From: Nitrospirota bacterium
GTDB lineage: Bacteria > Nitrospirota > Nitrospiria > Nitrospirales > NS-4
Direction of reading: 5' to 3'
NCBI GenBank assembly: GCA_963788195.1
Contig: CAWBGA010000017.1
Span: forward strand, 544,001-608,000
DNA length: 64,000 nucleotides
Part shown: piece by piece, positions 19,846 through 31,883 of the stretch
How positions within the stretch are numbered: position 1 is the first letter of the stretch
How the letters are laid out: each line of letters begins with the position of its first letter
The notes under the pieces: model-generated
Databases searched by the model: none
What the model was told of the DNA's origin: nothing
Seen by the model: the letters and a program-made list of their open reading frames with translations, nothing else
Program-made: the position numbers and the translations under genes

Positions 19846-22800
19846 TCATCCGCGTGCAGCCGTCTGCCGCACACCTCGGGCGCGCATGCGTTCAAATTTT
19901 AGTCGCAAACCGTCGAGATACAGGTATACCACCGGCGTCGTGTAGAGCGTCAGCATCTGGCTCACGATCAGGCCTCCGACGATCGCAATGCCCAACGGCC
20001 GGCGAAGCTCTGATCCGATTCCTGTGCCGACCGCCAGCGGCAAGGCGCCCAGCAGGGCCGCCATGGTCGTCATCATGATCGGCCGGAATCGAAGTACGCA
20101 GGCCTCGTAGATCGCATCGGCCGAGTTCATTCCCATTGTGCGTTCAGCCTCGAGCGCAAAATCGATCATCATGATGGCGTTTTTCTTCACAATGCCGATC
20201 AGTAATAAAATGCCGATCAGCGCGATGATGCTCAGCTCTATGTGAAAGAGCATGAGCGCGAGAATTGCGCCTACCCCGGCCGAAGGCAATGTGGACAGGA
20301 TGGTGATGGGGTGGATATAGCTCTCGTACAGGATGCCGAGCACTATGTACACCGTCACCAGCGCCGCCAGAATCAGGAGCGGTTGATTAGCCAGCGAGGC
20401 TTGAAACGCCTGCGCCGTCCCCTGCAAGCTGCCGCGGATGCTGGCGGGCAAGCCGATCTGTTGGGTGGCCGTTTCAATCGCCTTCACCGCCTCGCCGAGC
20501 GCAAACCCGGGCACTAAGTTGAACGAGATTGTCACGGCTGGAAACTGCCCCTGATGGTTCACCGATAGCGCGGTCGCAGTTTGTTCGTAATGCGCAAAGG
20601 TGCTCAGCGGCACCTGCGTCCCATTGGGAGAACGCACATATATGTCCTGCAATGCGTCCAAGCGTTGCCTAAACCGTGGCTCGACTTCCATCACGACGTG
20701 ATACTGGTTTAAAGACGTGTAGGTGATCGAGACCTGTCGTTGGCCGAACGCGTCATAGAGCGTGTCGTCAATGAGCTGCGGGCTGATGCCTAACCGGGAG
20801 GCCGTGGTGCGGTCAATCGTGAGCGAGGACTGAAGGCCTCTGTCTTGTTGATCGCTGCTGAGGTCGGCCAGTTGCGGTAACGTCCGGAGCTTCTGCTCCA
20901 CGCGCGGCGACCAGGTATTGAGTTCCGTCAAGTCGTCTCCTTGAAGCGTGTATTCATATTGCGCATTGCTCCGCCTGCCGCCAATACGAACATCCTGGGC
21001 CGCCTGGAGAAATGTCGGCGCGCCCGGCACTTTGGCGAGTTTTCCGCGCAGTCTTGCAATCACCTCATCCGCGCTCAGCTTCCGTTCCTCGAGCGGCTTC
21101 AGCCCGATGAACATGCGCCCCGTATTGGTGGTGGTTCCCCCTCCGCCTCCGCCGCTAAAGCCCGTGACGGTTTCCACGGCAGGATCCTGCCTGATGATCT
21201 CCATCACCTCGGTCAGCTTCTGGCGCATCGCCTGAAAAGAGGTATCCTGCGCTCCCTGAATCGCGCCCATCAGACGTCCGGTATCTTGCTGGGGGAAGAA
21301 GCCTTTCGGGACAATGATAAACAGATAGATATTGAGTGCCACAGTGCAAAGTGTCAGGGTCAGCATGAAGCGTGGATGTCCCAAGGCCCAGGACAACGTC
21401 GTCTTGTAGCGGGACAACATCCCATTAAAGAACCGCTCACTCCACCTATAAAACAGCCCGTGGCCGCTTGCTTTCTCCGGCTTCAAAAAAATCGCGCACA
21501 TCATCGGCGTCGTGGTCAACGACAGGACAAGTGAAAGAACGATGGCGACCGACAACGTGACCGCGAACTCGCGGAACAGGCGCCCGACAATCCCACCCAT
21601 CAACAGGATCGGAATGAACACCGCCACCAGCGAGAGGCTCATCGAGACGACCGTAAAGGCGATCTCCTTCGCCCCGCGCAAAGCGGCCTCCATCGCAGGG
21701 ACCCCCTTTTCACCGTACCGCCTGATGTTCTCGAGCACGACGATGGCGTCATCCACAACAAAGCCAGTCGCGATGGTCAGCGCCATGAGCGACAGGTTGT
21801 CGAGGCTGTACCCACACAAATACATGACCCCGAACGTCCCGATGAGGGAGACTGGTACCGCCACACTGGGGATGATCGTGGCCCGAACATTTCGCAGAAA
21901 GGCGAACACCACGAGAATCACCAGCGTGACTGAAACGAGGAGCGTCAGCTCGACGTGATGCAGGGATGCGCGAATCGTGGGGGTCCGATCCAGTGTGATC
22001 GACAGCGTGATCGCCGCGGGAATAGATGCTTCCAACTGCGGAAGCACCTCGCGGATACGATCGACGGTCTCGATGATATTCGCCCCCGGCTGGCGGAAGA
22101 TGATCACGAGGACCGCTGGTTTCCCATTGGCCATTCCCGTGGAGCGCAGATCTTCGACGGAGTCTTCGACCTTGGCGACATCCGACAGCCGCACCGCCGC
22201 GCCTTCCCTGTATGAAACGATCAGTGGGACGTAGTCATCAGCCTTGTGGAGCTGGTCATTTGTTTGGATCTCCCACGTTCTGGCCCATCGGCGACCTGGC
22301 CTTTCGGGCGGTTCACATTGGTGCTGCTCAGGACCCGCCGCACGTCTCCGAGTCCGATTCCGTACTTGTTCAACGCCATCGGGTTCAGCTCCACGCGGAC
22401 CGCCGGCAGGGAGCCGCCGCCCACGATCACCTGCCCAACACCCTCAATTTGCGAGAGCTTCTGCTGAAGAATGCTGGAGGCGGCGTCATACATCTGACCG
22501 CGGCTCTTGGTATCGGAAGTCAGCGCTAGAATGAATATGGGTGCGTCGGCCGGATTGACCTTGCGATAGGTCGGGTTGTTCGGGAGCGCGATGGGCAGGT
22601 AGCTTCGCGCCGCATTGATCGCCGCTTGCACGTCCCGGGCGGCGCCATTAATATCTCGATCTAAATCAAACTGCAGGACGATGCTGGTGGAACCTAAGTA
22701 GCTCGTGGAGCTCATTTCGGTCACGCCTGCAATGCGCCCAAACTGGCGTTCAAGGGGGGCCGCTACGGACGTCGCCATGGTTTCCGGGCTGGCGCCCGGC

Positions 22801-22952
22801 AGGTTGGCCGAGACCGAGATCGTGGGAAAATCCACCTGCGGCAAGGCTGCGACAGGAAGTAAACGAAAGGCGACTGCCCCCACCAGCGCCACTGCAATCG
22901 TCAGAAGAGCAGTGCCGACCGGCCGACGTATGAACGGCGCTGAGATATTCAC
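19846..22952 (-). pseudogene. mdtC: RND efflux permease MdtC with a single-base deletion near 22284 (pseudogene or assembly error)
   Basis: ORFs 22221-22952 and 19846-22194 join as [17 protein letters not shown] when one base is added. Confidence 0.85.
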
Positions 22953-22959
22953 TAACTCT

Positions 22960-25900
22960 TCACCGCGGGACCTCGGTGGGTGGTAACGCTGCCTGTCCCC
23001 ATACCGCGGCTCTGCGCTCAGCTACACGCTTTGCCAATCGATCGAATGCAAGATAGACCACCGGCGTCGTATACAGGGTCAACATCTGGCTCAGGATCAA
23101 TCCCCCGACAATGGCGATGCCGAGAGGCCGGCGCAGCTCCGACCCAACTCCCGTGCTCAGCGCGAGAGGCAGCGCGCCGAGCAACGCAGCCATCGTCGTC
23201 ATCATGATGGGCCGGAATCGGAGCAAACAGGCTTCATAGATCGCGTCCACGGGACGCTTGCCCTCCTTGCGCTCGGCCTCGAGCGCGAAATCGATCATCA
23301 TGATGGCGTTTTTCTTGACGATCCCGATCAGCAGAATAATACCGATCAGCCCAATGACGTTGAGCTCCATCCGTGACATCAGAAGCGCGAGGAGCGCCCC
23401 TACGCCGGCGGAGGGCAGCGTGGACAGAATCGTCAGAGGATGAATGTAACTCTCGTAGAGGACGCCGAGCACAATATAGACCGTCAATAGGGCCGCCAGG
23501 ATCAGCAGCGGCTGATTGCCGAGCGAAGCCTGGAAGGCTTGCGCGCTGCCCTGAAAGCTGCCCCGAATGCTGGCCGGCATGTTCTGCTGTTGCGCGGCCG
23601 CTTCGACGGCGCGTACAGCTTCTCCGAGGGATGTCCCCGGCGCTAAGTTAAATGAGATTGTCACAGCGGGAAATTGCCCCTGGTGGCTGATCACGAGGGG
23701 GGCCGTCGTCTCCACGACCTCCGTGAACGCGCTCAAGGGAACTTGCCCGCCATTTGAGGCGCGGACATAGAGGGCCTGCAATGCTTGAGGACCCTGCTGA
23801 AAGTCGGGTTTCACCTCCAGGACGACGCGATACTGGTTCAGTTGAGTGAAAATCGTGGATACGATCCGTTGGCCGAATGCATCGTAAAGGGTGTCATCGA
23901 CCATCTGTGGCGTGATCCCCAGTCGTGACGCGGTACTGCGATCGATCCGCAGGAAGGACTGCAGGCCTTGATCTTGTTGATCGCTGCCCACGTCGCGCAG
24001 TTCCGGCAGCTTTTTCAGACTCTCCACAAACTTTGGGGCCCACGCATTGAGCTCCTTGGGGTCCGGATCTTCGAGGCTGTACTGAAACTGGGTGCGGCTT
24101 ACGCGGTCTTCCACGGTGAGATCCTGCACAGGCTGTAGATAGAGCAGGATCCCTTCGACTTTTCCCAACTCGAGTTGCAGGCGGTGGATAATCTGGCCGG
24201 CACTGATTTTACGTTCCGCCAGCGACTTCAAGTTAATGAGAAAACGGCCGCTGTTCAAGGTGGTGTTGGTGCCATCCACTCCGATGAAGGATGAGACGCT
24301 TTCGACCGCCGGATCGTTCAGGATCACCTTCGCGAGGGCCTGCTGCTGGGTCGCCATGGCGGCAAACGAAATCGATTGCGGCGCTTCTGAGATCCCCAAG
24401 ATGACCCCGGTATCCTGAACCGGGAAGAAGCCTTTGGGGATAATGATGTAAAGCACCACCGTCAGGATCAACGTCGCTATTGCCACCACCAGCGTCGCGG
24501 TCTGATGGCCGAGCACCCACCGCAGAGTCGTGCCATAGGCCTCAATTGTTCGATCAAAGGCACGCTGCGAGACGCGGTAGAAACTTCCTTGTTGCTTCTC
24601 GGGGATATGCCGAAGCAGTCTCGCGCTCATCATCGGAGTCAACGTCAAGGACACTGCCGCCGAGATGAGAATGGTCACGCCGAGCGTAATGGCGAATTCC
24701 CTGAACAACCGTCCTACCACGTCCCCCATAAATAGCAGCGGAATCAGCACGGCGATCAGCGAGATGGTCAAGGACAGGATCGTAAAAGCAATCTGCTTGG
24801 AACCTTTGAGCGCGGCCTCCAAGGGGGAGTCGCCCGCTTCAATGTACCGGGAAATGTTTTCGATCATCACGATCGCATCGTCGACCACAAAGCCGGTCGA
24901 AATGGTCAGAGCCATGAGGGTCAGATTGTTGAGGCTGAAGCCGAGCAGATACATGGCGCCGAAGGCGCCGACCAGAGACAACGGGACCGCGGCGGCGGGG
25001 ATGACCGTAGCGGACAGCGTACGAAGAAACAAAAAAATCACCATGACCACCAGGGCGACTGCCAGCATCAACTCAAACTGCACGTCTTTCACAGACCCGC
25101 GAATCGTCGTCGTGCGATCGGTCAGCACGGAGACTTCGACAGATGACGGCAACGCACTCTGGAGTTGCGGAAGCAACTTCTTGATGCGATCAGCGACTTC
25201 AATGACATTGGCTCCGGGCTGACGCTGGATATTGACGATCACTGCGGGCCTGTCGTTCATCCAGGCCGCCTGCTTTACATTCTCGGCCCCATCAATGACA
25301 TCGGCGACGTCGGACAACCGGACGGGCGCCCCATTCCGGTACGTCACAACCAAGGGGCGGTAGTCGCCGCTAGCGAGCAACTGATCGTTCGCTCCGATGA
25401 TCGAGGCCCGTCGCGGCCCATCGAAGCCCCCTTTGGCCTGATTGACATTCGCCGCGGCGATAACCACCCGCAGATCCTCAAGTGTGAGATCATACGCGGC
25501 CAAGGCCATTGGGTTGGCCTGGATGCGGACAGCCGGCCTCTGCCCGCCGCTGATGCTGACCAGCCCCACCCCGGAGAGTTGGGAAATCTTTTGCGCGAAG
25601 CGGGTATCGGCCAGGTCTTCAACTTGCGGCAGGGGAAGCGTGTCGGACGTCAATGCCAATGTCAGGATCGGCGCATCGGCCGGATTGACCTTGCTGTAGA
25701 CGGGAGGATTCGGCAGATCGCGCGGCAAGAAAGTGGCGCCGGCGTTGATCGCCGCCTGAACCTGTTGTTCTGCCACATCGAGACTGAGTTCCAGAGTGAA
25801 CTGCAGGGTGATGACGGAACTTCCGCCGGAACTCGTCGACGTCATCTGTTTTAAACCCGGCATCTGCCCGAACTGACGTTCCAGCGGGGCCGTCACAGAG

Positions 25901-26082
25901 GACGCCATAACTTCTGGACTCGCTCCCGGGTAAAAGGTGAGGACCTGGATCGTGGGGTAATCGACTTGCGGGAGCGCGGAGACCGGCAACTGGCGGTACG
26001 CGACAGCCCCGGCGAGCAGAATAGCCGCCATCAAGAGAACAGTCGCCACCGGCCGCAAAATAAAAATACGCGATGGATTCAC
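22960..26082 (-). CDS. mdtB: RND efflux permease MdtB
   Basis: [36 protein letters not shown]; 1040 aa. Confidence 0.95.
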   Translation of the reverse strand: MNPSRIFILRPVATVLLMAAILLAGAVAYRQLPVSALPQVDYPTIQVLTFYPGASPEVMASSVTAPLERQFGQMPGLKQMTSTSSGGSSVITLQFTLELSLDVAEQQVQAAINAGATFLPRDLPNPPVYSKVNPADAPILTLALTSDTLPLPQVEDLADTRFAQKISQLSGVGLVSISGGQRPAVRIQANPMALAAYDLTLEDLRVVIAAANVNQAKGGFDGPRRASIIGANDQLLASGDYRPLVVTYRNGAPVRLSDVADVIDGAENVKQAAWMNDRPAVIVNIQRQPGANVIEVADRIKKLLPQLQSALPSSVEVSVLTDRTTTIRGSVKDVQFELMLAVALVVMVIFLFLRTLSATVIPAAAVPLSLVGAFGAMYLLGFSLNNLTLMALTISTGFVVDDAIVMIENISRYIEAGDSPLEAALKGSKQIAFTILSLTISLIAVLIPLLFMGDVVGRLFREFAITLGVTILISAAVSLTLTPMMSARLLRHIPEKQQGSFYRVSQRAFDRTIEAYGTTLRWVLGHQTATLVVAIATLILTVVLYIIIPKGFFPVQDTGVILGISEAPQSISFAAMATQQQALAKVILNDPAVESVSSFIGVDGTNTTLNSGRFLINLKSLAERKISAGQIIHRLQLELGKVEGILLYLQPVQDLTVEDRVSRTQFQYSLEDPDPKELNAWAPKFVESLKKLPELRDVGSDQQDQGLQSFLRIDRSTASRLGITPQMVDDTLYDAFGQRIVSTIFTQLNQYRVVLEVKPDFQQGPQALQALYVRASNGGQVPLSAFTEVVETTAPLVISHQGQFPAVTISFNLAPGTSLGEAVRAVEAAAQQQNMPASIRGSFQGSAQAFQASLGNQPLLILAALLTVYIVLGVLYESYIHPLTILSTLPSAGVGALLALLMSRMELNVIGLIGIILLIGIVKKNAIMMIDFALEAERKEGKRPVDAIYEACLLRFRPIMMTTMAALLGALPLALSTGVGSELRRPLGIAIVGGLILSQMLTLYTTPVVYLAFDRLAKRVAERRAAVWGQAALPPTEVPR

Positions 26083-27296
26083 AATCGAGTCGCTTTCGGC
26101 GTCTGGTCGCTGGGACTGCGAATCTCGACCTTGCTGCCCTCCCGCAGCTTCTCCGTGCCATCCACGACGACGCGCTCATCCGCAGACAGGCCCTTGTCGA
26201 TAGACGCTTGTTCGCCCTGCATGACCCCAACAGTCACGGGACGCACGCCGACCGATAGGTCGGCGTTCACCACATAGACAAAGGTTCCCTGCGAACCTCG
26301 TTGAATCGCTGCGGTTGGAATCAGCGTGGCACCGCGTTTGACGTCCAGGAGCAGGCGGGCATTGACGAACTGGTTGGGGAAGAGTTCATTGTTCTCGTTG
26401 GGAAAGATCGCCTTGAGGCGCACAGTGCCCGTATTTGAATCGATCTGGTTATCGACCGTGAGCAATGACCCGGTAGCGAGCTGTTTCTTTTGCTCGCGAT
26501 CAAATACGTCGACCGGCAGGCGCTCTCCGCTTTTGAGCTTTTCGAGCACCGGAGGCAGACTATCCTCCGCGATCGAGAAGACAACGGTAATAGGCTGAAG
26601 CTGCGTGATCACCAGCAGTCCATTGGCATCATTCGCATGCACGATGTTGCCGGCATCGACCAGGCGCAAGCCGATCCGCCCGGTGATCGGCGCCGTCACC
26701 CGGGAGTAAGTCAGCTGCAGCTTGGCATTGTCGATCAGGCCCTGATCGGTTTCGAGGACGCCCTCATATTGACGCACCAGTGACTCCTGGGTATCCAGTT
26801 GCTGCTTCGCGATCATTTCCTGTTTGTACAGATCCTTGTAGCGCTCGAGGTCAATCCGGGCATTCTTCATCTGAGCCTGATCACGCGCCATTTGCCCCTG
26901 GACCTGGGTCAATTGCACCTGGAATGGCCGCGGGTCGATTTCCGCCAGGACCTCCCCTTTCTGGACGATCTGACCTTCGCGAAACAGGACCTTCATCAGT
27001 TGCCCGTCCACGCGGCTCTTCACTGTCACCGTGTTGAGCGGCGTCACCGACCCGAGCCCCATGAGATAAATCTCGATGTCACCCGTCTTCGCGCCCACCG
27101 CCACCACAGGCACGGCGCGGGCGGTGGATGCGGGTGCCTGCTTGGCCGTGCGCTGCTGCGCCTCCCCTGCCTTCGTGAACAGGACATAGGCGCCGATCGC
27201 AAGGAGACAGACCGCCAGCAGCGCCATCCCGCCGCGCTTCAGCAGTACGGCAAAACGCCTGGACTCATGCATGTTTTCTTTCTTAGCCTCAGTCAT
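26079..27296 (-). CDS. mdtA: RND periplasmic adaptor MdtA
   Basis: [27 protein letters not shown]. Confidence 0.93.
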   Translation of the reverse strand: MTEAKKENMHESRRFAVLLKRGGMALLAVCLLAIGAYVLFTKAGEAQQRTAKQAPASTARAVPVVAVGAKTGDIEIYLMGLGSVTPLNTVTVKSRVDGQLMKVLFREGQIVQKGEVLAEIDPRPFQVQLTQVQGQMARDQAQMKNARIDLERYKDLYKQEMIAKQQLDTQESLVRQYEGVLETDQGLIDNAKLQLTYSRVTAPITGRIGLRLVDAGNIVHANDANGLLVITQLQPITVVFSIAEDSLPPVLEKLKSGERLPVDVFDREQKKQLATGSLLTVDNQIDSNTGTVRLKAIFPNENNELFPNQFVNARLLLDVKRGATLIPTAAIQRGSQGTFVYVVNADLSVGVRPVTVGVMQGEQASIDKGLSADERVVVDGTEKLREGSKVEIRSPSDQTPKATRL

Positions 27297-27360
27297 AAAA
27301 CCAGGTTACAATCCACGATCGAAAATATCGGCAAGGCCGGAGCGTACCTCGTCATGAGTA

Positions 27361-27427
27361 TAAGTCGGAGCAAGGGGCGGTGAGGTTACAGAAGCCATGT
27401 AACCTTCTGCGATATTCTTCCGACTTA
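27361..27427. promoter_or_regulatory. Back-to-back ECF-type promoters TGTAACC-N15-CCGACTTA
   Basis: Plus copy 27398-27427 faces the sigma gene; minus copy 27390-27361 faces mdtA; the conserved boxes are identical. Confidence 0.75.
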
Positions 27428-27444
27428 AGCTTTGGGGACGTTTT

Positions 27445-28053
27445 TTGAGTGAGGCGGACCCCCGAGGGACTGAGGGACCTCCGGATGAAGAAATTATCCC
27501 TCGAATCCTGGCCGGAGAGGTAGATCTCTTTGAGGAGCTGATTAAACGCTACAAACGACACGTCAGTCGCATCGTGGCGGGCCATGTTCGACGCGACATG
27601 GTCGAGGAAGTGGCGCATGAAGCATTTGTCCGGGCCTATACTTCTTTGTCCACCTATTCGTTTCGGGTGCCGTTCGAGCATTGGTTGGCGCGGATCGCGC
27701 TGCGGAGTTGTTACGATGCGTGGCGAACGGCGGCGTCCCGCAAGGAAGTATCCTTGGGCGGGTTCGAGGATGAACATCAACAGTCGGCTGAGCGACTCCT
27801 GGCGGCGGAATCTGAGGAGCGTTTTGACCAACTCGTACGACAACGGGAGACAGCGGAGCTGTTACAGACAGCGTTGGCGCAGCTCTCACCTGAAAATCGC
27901 ATGGTCGTCACCCTTGTTCATCTCGAGGGTTGCTCCGTGCGCGAGGCCGCGGAGCGCCTGGGTTGGAGCATGATCAACGTGAAGGTCCGAGCGCACCGGG
28001 CTCGTCGACAGCTCCGCAACGTGTTGGAGAAACTATTGGGGGAGACGGCATGA
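27445..28053 (+). CDS. ECF sigma-70 factor
   Basis: Region 2 (EEVAHEAFVRAY, FEHWLARIA) and region 4 (LSPENR, EAAERLG, VKVRAHRAR). Confidence 0.93.
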   Translation: MSEADPRGTEGPPDEEIIPRILAGEVDLFEELIKRYKRHVSRIVAGHVRRDMVEEVAHEAFVRAYTSLSTYSFRVPFEHWLARIALRSCYDAWRTAASRKEVSLGGFEDEHQQSAERLLAAESEERFDQLVRQRETAELLQTALAQLSPENRMVVTLVHLEGCSVREAAERLGWSMINVKVRAHRARRQLRNVLEKLLGETA

Positions 28054-28352
28054 CACCATCCGAGGAACGTATTGAGCGGCTCGAGCGGGCACTGGGGCGG
28101 GCGCATCAGCTACAGGACCCACCGGAGTTTTCACCGAACTGGTCCTACTCGGTCATGCGCGACGTTCGCCGGCAAGCACGCGCGGCGCGCGCGACGGCCG
28201 AGCTTCCCGGGCTTGTCTGGCGCGCCGCGACGGTCGTTGTTTTCGTCTCGGTGGTGGTTGTTGGATCCGTGATGGCCTGGAACGTTGAGGAGCTCGATCA
28301 GCCCTTCGCGAGTTTCTTTAGCGAGACGACCGTGGACCCGATCCTGCTATGA
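28050..28352 (+). CDS. Putative anti-sigma factor
   Basis: ATGA-coupled to the ECF gene; single TM helix. Confidence 0.7.
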   Translation: MTPSEERIERLERALGRAHQLQDPPEFSPNWSYSVMRDVRRQARAARATAELPGLVWRAATVVVFVSVVVVGSVMAWNVEELDQPFASFFSETTVDPILL

Positions 28353-28359
28353 GACGCTC

Positions 28360-28854
28360 ATGAGCGACGCCCAGAATAACATACCCGCCAAACGCTGGCG
28401 CATATGGAGCGGGATCGCGGTCGTGTTTGTGTGCGGCCTGCTTGTCGGCAATGTCGTGACTACTGCGTATGATGATTACAAGCAACAGCTGAAGTGGCAG
28501 CAGGGCCTGTCCGGGCTCAAGCCCCGGGTAATGAAGCATCTCACCCGCGAACTTCATTTGTCTCCTGAACAGCAGCAGGCGATTGAGCCCATCCTTTCCC
28601 AAGCGGAGAGAGAACTACTCCGGCTGCGCATAGCGCAACAGCCTCAGGTTGAGACGACCGTGACTCGGACGATGGAGACCCTGAAAGTGAAGCTGCACCC
28701 CGAGCAGCAACGAAAGCTGGAAGAGCTCAATAACCAGCTACACCAACGATGGGACTTGGATCGCCGGTATGTCGGTAGCCTGCCACCCGGAGGACACCAT
28801 GATCTTTATGTCTTCTTTGAGGGGTATTCCTTTGGACGGCCAGGGGAAAAGTGA
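28360..28854 (+). CDS. Periplasmic helical (Spy/CpxP / metal-sensor-like) protein
   Basis: TM segment VVFVCGLLVG; LHLSPEQQ and LHPEQQ motifs. Confidence 0.65.
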   Translation: MSDAQNNIPAKRWRIWSGIAVVFVCGLLVGNVVTTAYDDYKQQLKWQQGLSGLKPRVMKHLTRELHLSPEQQQAIEPILSQAERELLRLRIAQQPQVETTVTRTMETLKVKLHPEQQRKLEELNNQLHQRWDLDRRYVGSLPPGGHHDLYVFFEGYSFGRPGEK

Positions 28855-28896
28855 ATACTCACGATCGGAGTAAGGTAACATAGAGGAGATAAGGCG

Positions 28897-30160
28897 ATGA
28901 AACTCCCAGCCATCCGCTTTATGTTTCTACTTTACTGCGCGGCAGACTTGCTCCCCGTCTATGCTGAGGATGCCGGTGTGACTCAGGAGGAGACTTCTCA
29001 GATTCACAGCTCGGCGACGTTTGCAGAGATTTCCGCCAACCCGGAGGCGTATCAAGGTCAAGAGATCGTGGTAGGCGGCAAGGTCATCGCTGCGCGCCAA
29101 TACTACGATACGACTCAAATCGAGGTCATGCAATTGCCCCTTGGCGAAGGACAGGAACCTCAGACGAATGAGGCGTTGACTCAGGGCCGATTTTTGGCAT
29201 TTCAGAAAGCCGGCCTCAATCCTGTCGGGATACCGCCGGGCACGCGAGTCACCGTTGTAGGCGAAGTCGCGGGCTCTGCAGTTCCGGATCCCAGTCAGGC
29301 AGCCGTTGCGTATCCTGTCCTCGAGGTAAAGACCTTGACTGTGTGGCGGGCGGCTGGGGCGGCGCCACCGCAGTCAGCACAGGCCGAGGTGCCTCCTGCG
29401 GAAGACGCCCCGGTATCCCTATCCCGAACCGCCGGTTGTCATTGACCGCTACTACTACACGCCATACTGGGATCCCGTGATCAGCGTGTGGTCCTGGCGG
29501 CCGTTTTGGGTATACCCCTGGTGGGCCAGGCCCGCAATCGTCGTACCGCCGCGGGCTTTCATCCATCCCCATCGGCGCCATTCCATTCCCTTTGGTCCAC
29601 CGCCGAGAAGACTCGGACCGTTGCCCCCGCAATTTGTCCCGCGAAACGGCCCCGTCTTCCCGGGCCCACGGCATTCAGGTCCGCGCTTACCATGGCGCAG
29701 TGAGCCGAATAGAATTGCTCCGCCGCAAGCTATCCCGCCGCAGTTTAATCGGGGGCTGCCGGACGTTTTGCAAGCTACCCCACCGCAACCTATGCCACCG
29801 CGTTTTAATCGCCGGCAGCCTGACGCTCCGCGAAGTGTGCTTCCGCAAGCTATTCCACCGCAGTTTAATCGGCGGCTGCCGGACGTTTCGCAAGCTATCC
29901 CACAGCAAGCTGTCCCGCCGCGGTTTAATCGTGGGCAGGCTGACGGTCCGCGAGGTATGCCTCCCCAGTTTGGCCGCCGGGCACCAGACGGTTCACAAGC
30001 TGTCCCACCCCGATTTAATCGTGGGCAGGCTGACGGCCCGCGCAGTGTGCCTCCGCAGTTTGGCCGTCGGGGATCTGACGGTCCACGCGGTGATTTTAGA
30101 GGGAGCACACACAACGGCAATGGCCCGGGTCGGCCGGGACGCGGACCGCGATCAGGCTAA
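28897..30160 (+). pseudogene. Slp-family outer membrane protein with Pro/Arg-rich repeat tail, frameshifted near 29410
   Basis: Slp motifs (GGKVI, IEVMQLPL, GRFLA, VTVVGEV, YPVL); the +1 frame continues RYPYPEPP...YYYTPYW into ORF 29477-30160. Confidence 0.65.
29715..30090 (+). repeat. Coding tandem repeats (PPQFNR / PPRFNR / PPQFGR)
   Basis: About 7 imperfect units of about 48-63 bp containing TTTAATCG or TTTGGCCG. Confidence 0.85.
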
Positions 30161-30242
30161 CAATATCCTGCCAGACCCAAACCAATATTGATTCTCGCCA
30201 GTAAACAAAATGCTATAATCGCTCCCCAATCGTGAGGCGCAC

Positions 30243-31022
30243 GTGGCTGCTGCCATCATCCGCATCGAAGATCTGCTCAAAGGGTATGTCTTTACAACCC
30301 AACAGTTCGCGCATCTGACCTGGCTCGCCGTCGCGGGAATCTTTCGCAAGCCCTCATACGTGCAGGAAACCTTCTATTACATGGACCACATTGGGGTCGG
30401 CTCGCTGTTCATTTTGGCGCTGACCGGCCTGTTCACCGGCATGGTACTCACGCTGCAAGGAGCGATCCAGCTCCAACCGTTTGGCGCAGTGCCCTATGTC
30501 TCTCGGCTGGTCAGTACCTCCGTGGTCCGCGAACTCGGCCCAGTGCTGGCGGCGCTGATGCTCGCCGGCCGCGTCGGCACCGGGATCGCTTCCGAACTAG
30601 CCTCCATGCAGGTCACCGAGCAGATCGATGCCTTGCGGGCCGAGGGGACGGATCCGATTAAGAAGCTGGTGACCCCGCGCTTGGTGGCAACGCTGCTGAT
30701 GGTGCCGGTCCTGACGATCATCACGGACGGGATCGCCATGGCGGGCGGCTATCTGATCGCTCGTCTGTATCTGAGTATCGACTCGTTTTTTTATTGGACC
30801 TGGGCGTTCGAGGCCCTTCGCCCGACGGATCTTGTCTATGGCGTGATCAAGCCGCTGGTCTTCGGGTACATCATTTGTATGGTCGGTTGTTATGCGGGGC
30901 TGACGACCACGGGTGGAACCGTGGGCGTGGGACGCTCCACCACACAAGCCATGGTGACGTCGTCAATCCTGATCCTGATGTCGGATTTTTTCATGACCAA
31001 GCTGTTTATTTATTTGGGCTGA
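30243..31022 (+). CDS. mlaE: MlaE-family ABC permease
   Basis: RELGPVL, GRVGTGIASEL, TEQIDAL. Confidence 0.92.
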   Translation: MAAAIIRIEDLLKGYVFTTQQFAHLTWLAVAGIFRKPSYVQETFYYMDHIGVGSLFILALTGLFTGMVLTLQGAIQLQPFGAVPYVSRLVSTSVVRELGPVLAALMLAGRVGTGIASELASMQVTEQIDALRAEGTDPIKKLVTPRLVATLLMVPVLTIITDGIAMAGGYLIARLYLSIDSFFYWTWAFEALRPTDLVYGVIKPLVFGYIICMVGCYAGLTTTGGTVGVGRSTTQAMVTSSILILMSDFFMTKLFIYLG

Positions 31023-31076
31023 CGGTAGATCCTGTGGTGTACCGTGGATCATGAGCGAGGTTGAGGTTGTAGCGCA

Positions 31077-31883
31077 ATGATCGAATTTAAGAACGTTTCG
31101 CTGAGCATCGACGACCGCCAGATCTTAAAAAACATCTCGATGAAGGTGTTGCCCGCTAACACGATGGTCATCGTCGGGGGCAGCGGGTCCGGGAAGACCA
31201 CCACTCTTCGTCTGATCCTGGGCCTCATCCGTCCGGACTCCGGCCAAATCCTCATCGACGGTCAGGACATCACCAGGCTTGAGGAAGAAGAAATGGTCCC
31301 CATACGGGCCAAGATGGCTTTGGTATTTCAGGGCTCTGCCCTTTTTGATTCACTAAGCGTCGGCGAGAACGTCGGCTACCGCCTGTGGGAGCAGGGTCTT
31401 CTGGACGAAGAAACGATCGAGCTGAAGGTGATGGAGAGCCTTCGGTTTGTGGGCCTTGATGATATTGTCGATCATATGCCGGCCGAACTCAGCGGCGGCA
31501 TGAAAAAGCGGGTGGCGATCGCCCGGGCGCTGGCCAGCGGCCCGGAAGTCATCCTGTTCGACGAGCCCACGGCCGGATTGGACCCGGTCAACACCTACAT
31601 TATCAAGGAGCTCATCTGTCGGCTGCACACCAAGGAGCATGTGACACAGATCGTTGTAACCCACGATATCGAGACGGCATATCGCGTGGCCGATCACTTG
31701 ATTATGATTCAACTCGGCGAGGAAGTCTTTCACGGCACCCTCGACGAGCTGAAGGCTTCTACGGACCAGCGTATCCAGGCCTTCCTGCACCCTGAGGCAA
31801 TATTGACAACGACTGCCTGTCTTGCGCACAAAGACGAAAATTTTGGGATTGCCCCCGAAAAATTGAAGGAACTACCGAGGTGA
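31077..31883 (+). CDS. mlaF: MlaF-family ABC ATPase
   Basis: GGSGSGKT, FQGSALFDSL, LSGGMKKRV, DEPTAGLDP. Confidence 0.92.
   Translation: MIEFKNVSLSIDDRQILKNISMKVLPANTMVIVGGSGSGKTTTLRLILGLIRPDSGQILIDGQDITRLEEEEMVPIRAKMALVFQGSALFDSLSVGENVGYRLWEQGLLDEETIELKVMESLRFVGLDDIVDHMPAELSGGMKKRVAIARALASGPEVILFDEPTAGLDPVNTYIIKELICRLHTKEHVTQIVVTHDIETAYRVADHLIMIQLGEEVFHGTLDELKASTDQRIQAFLHPEAILTTTACLAHKDENFGIAPEKLKELPR

Noticed and set aside
22270..22300. Programmed ribosomal frameshift in mdtC or the other broken genes
   Set aside because: No slippery heptamer or stimulatory structure seen; an error or mutation is simpler.
27305..27311. Third TGTAACC box before mdtA
   Set aside because: No CCGACT box at the 15-nt spacing.
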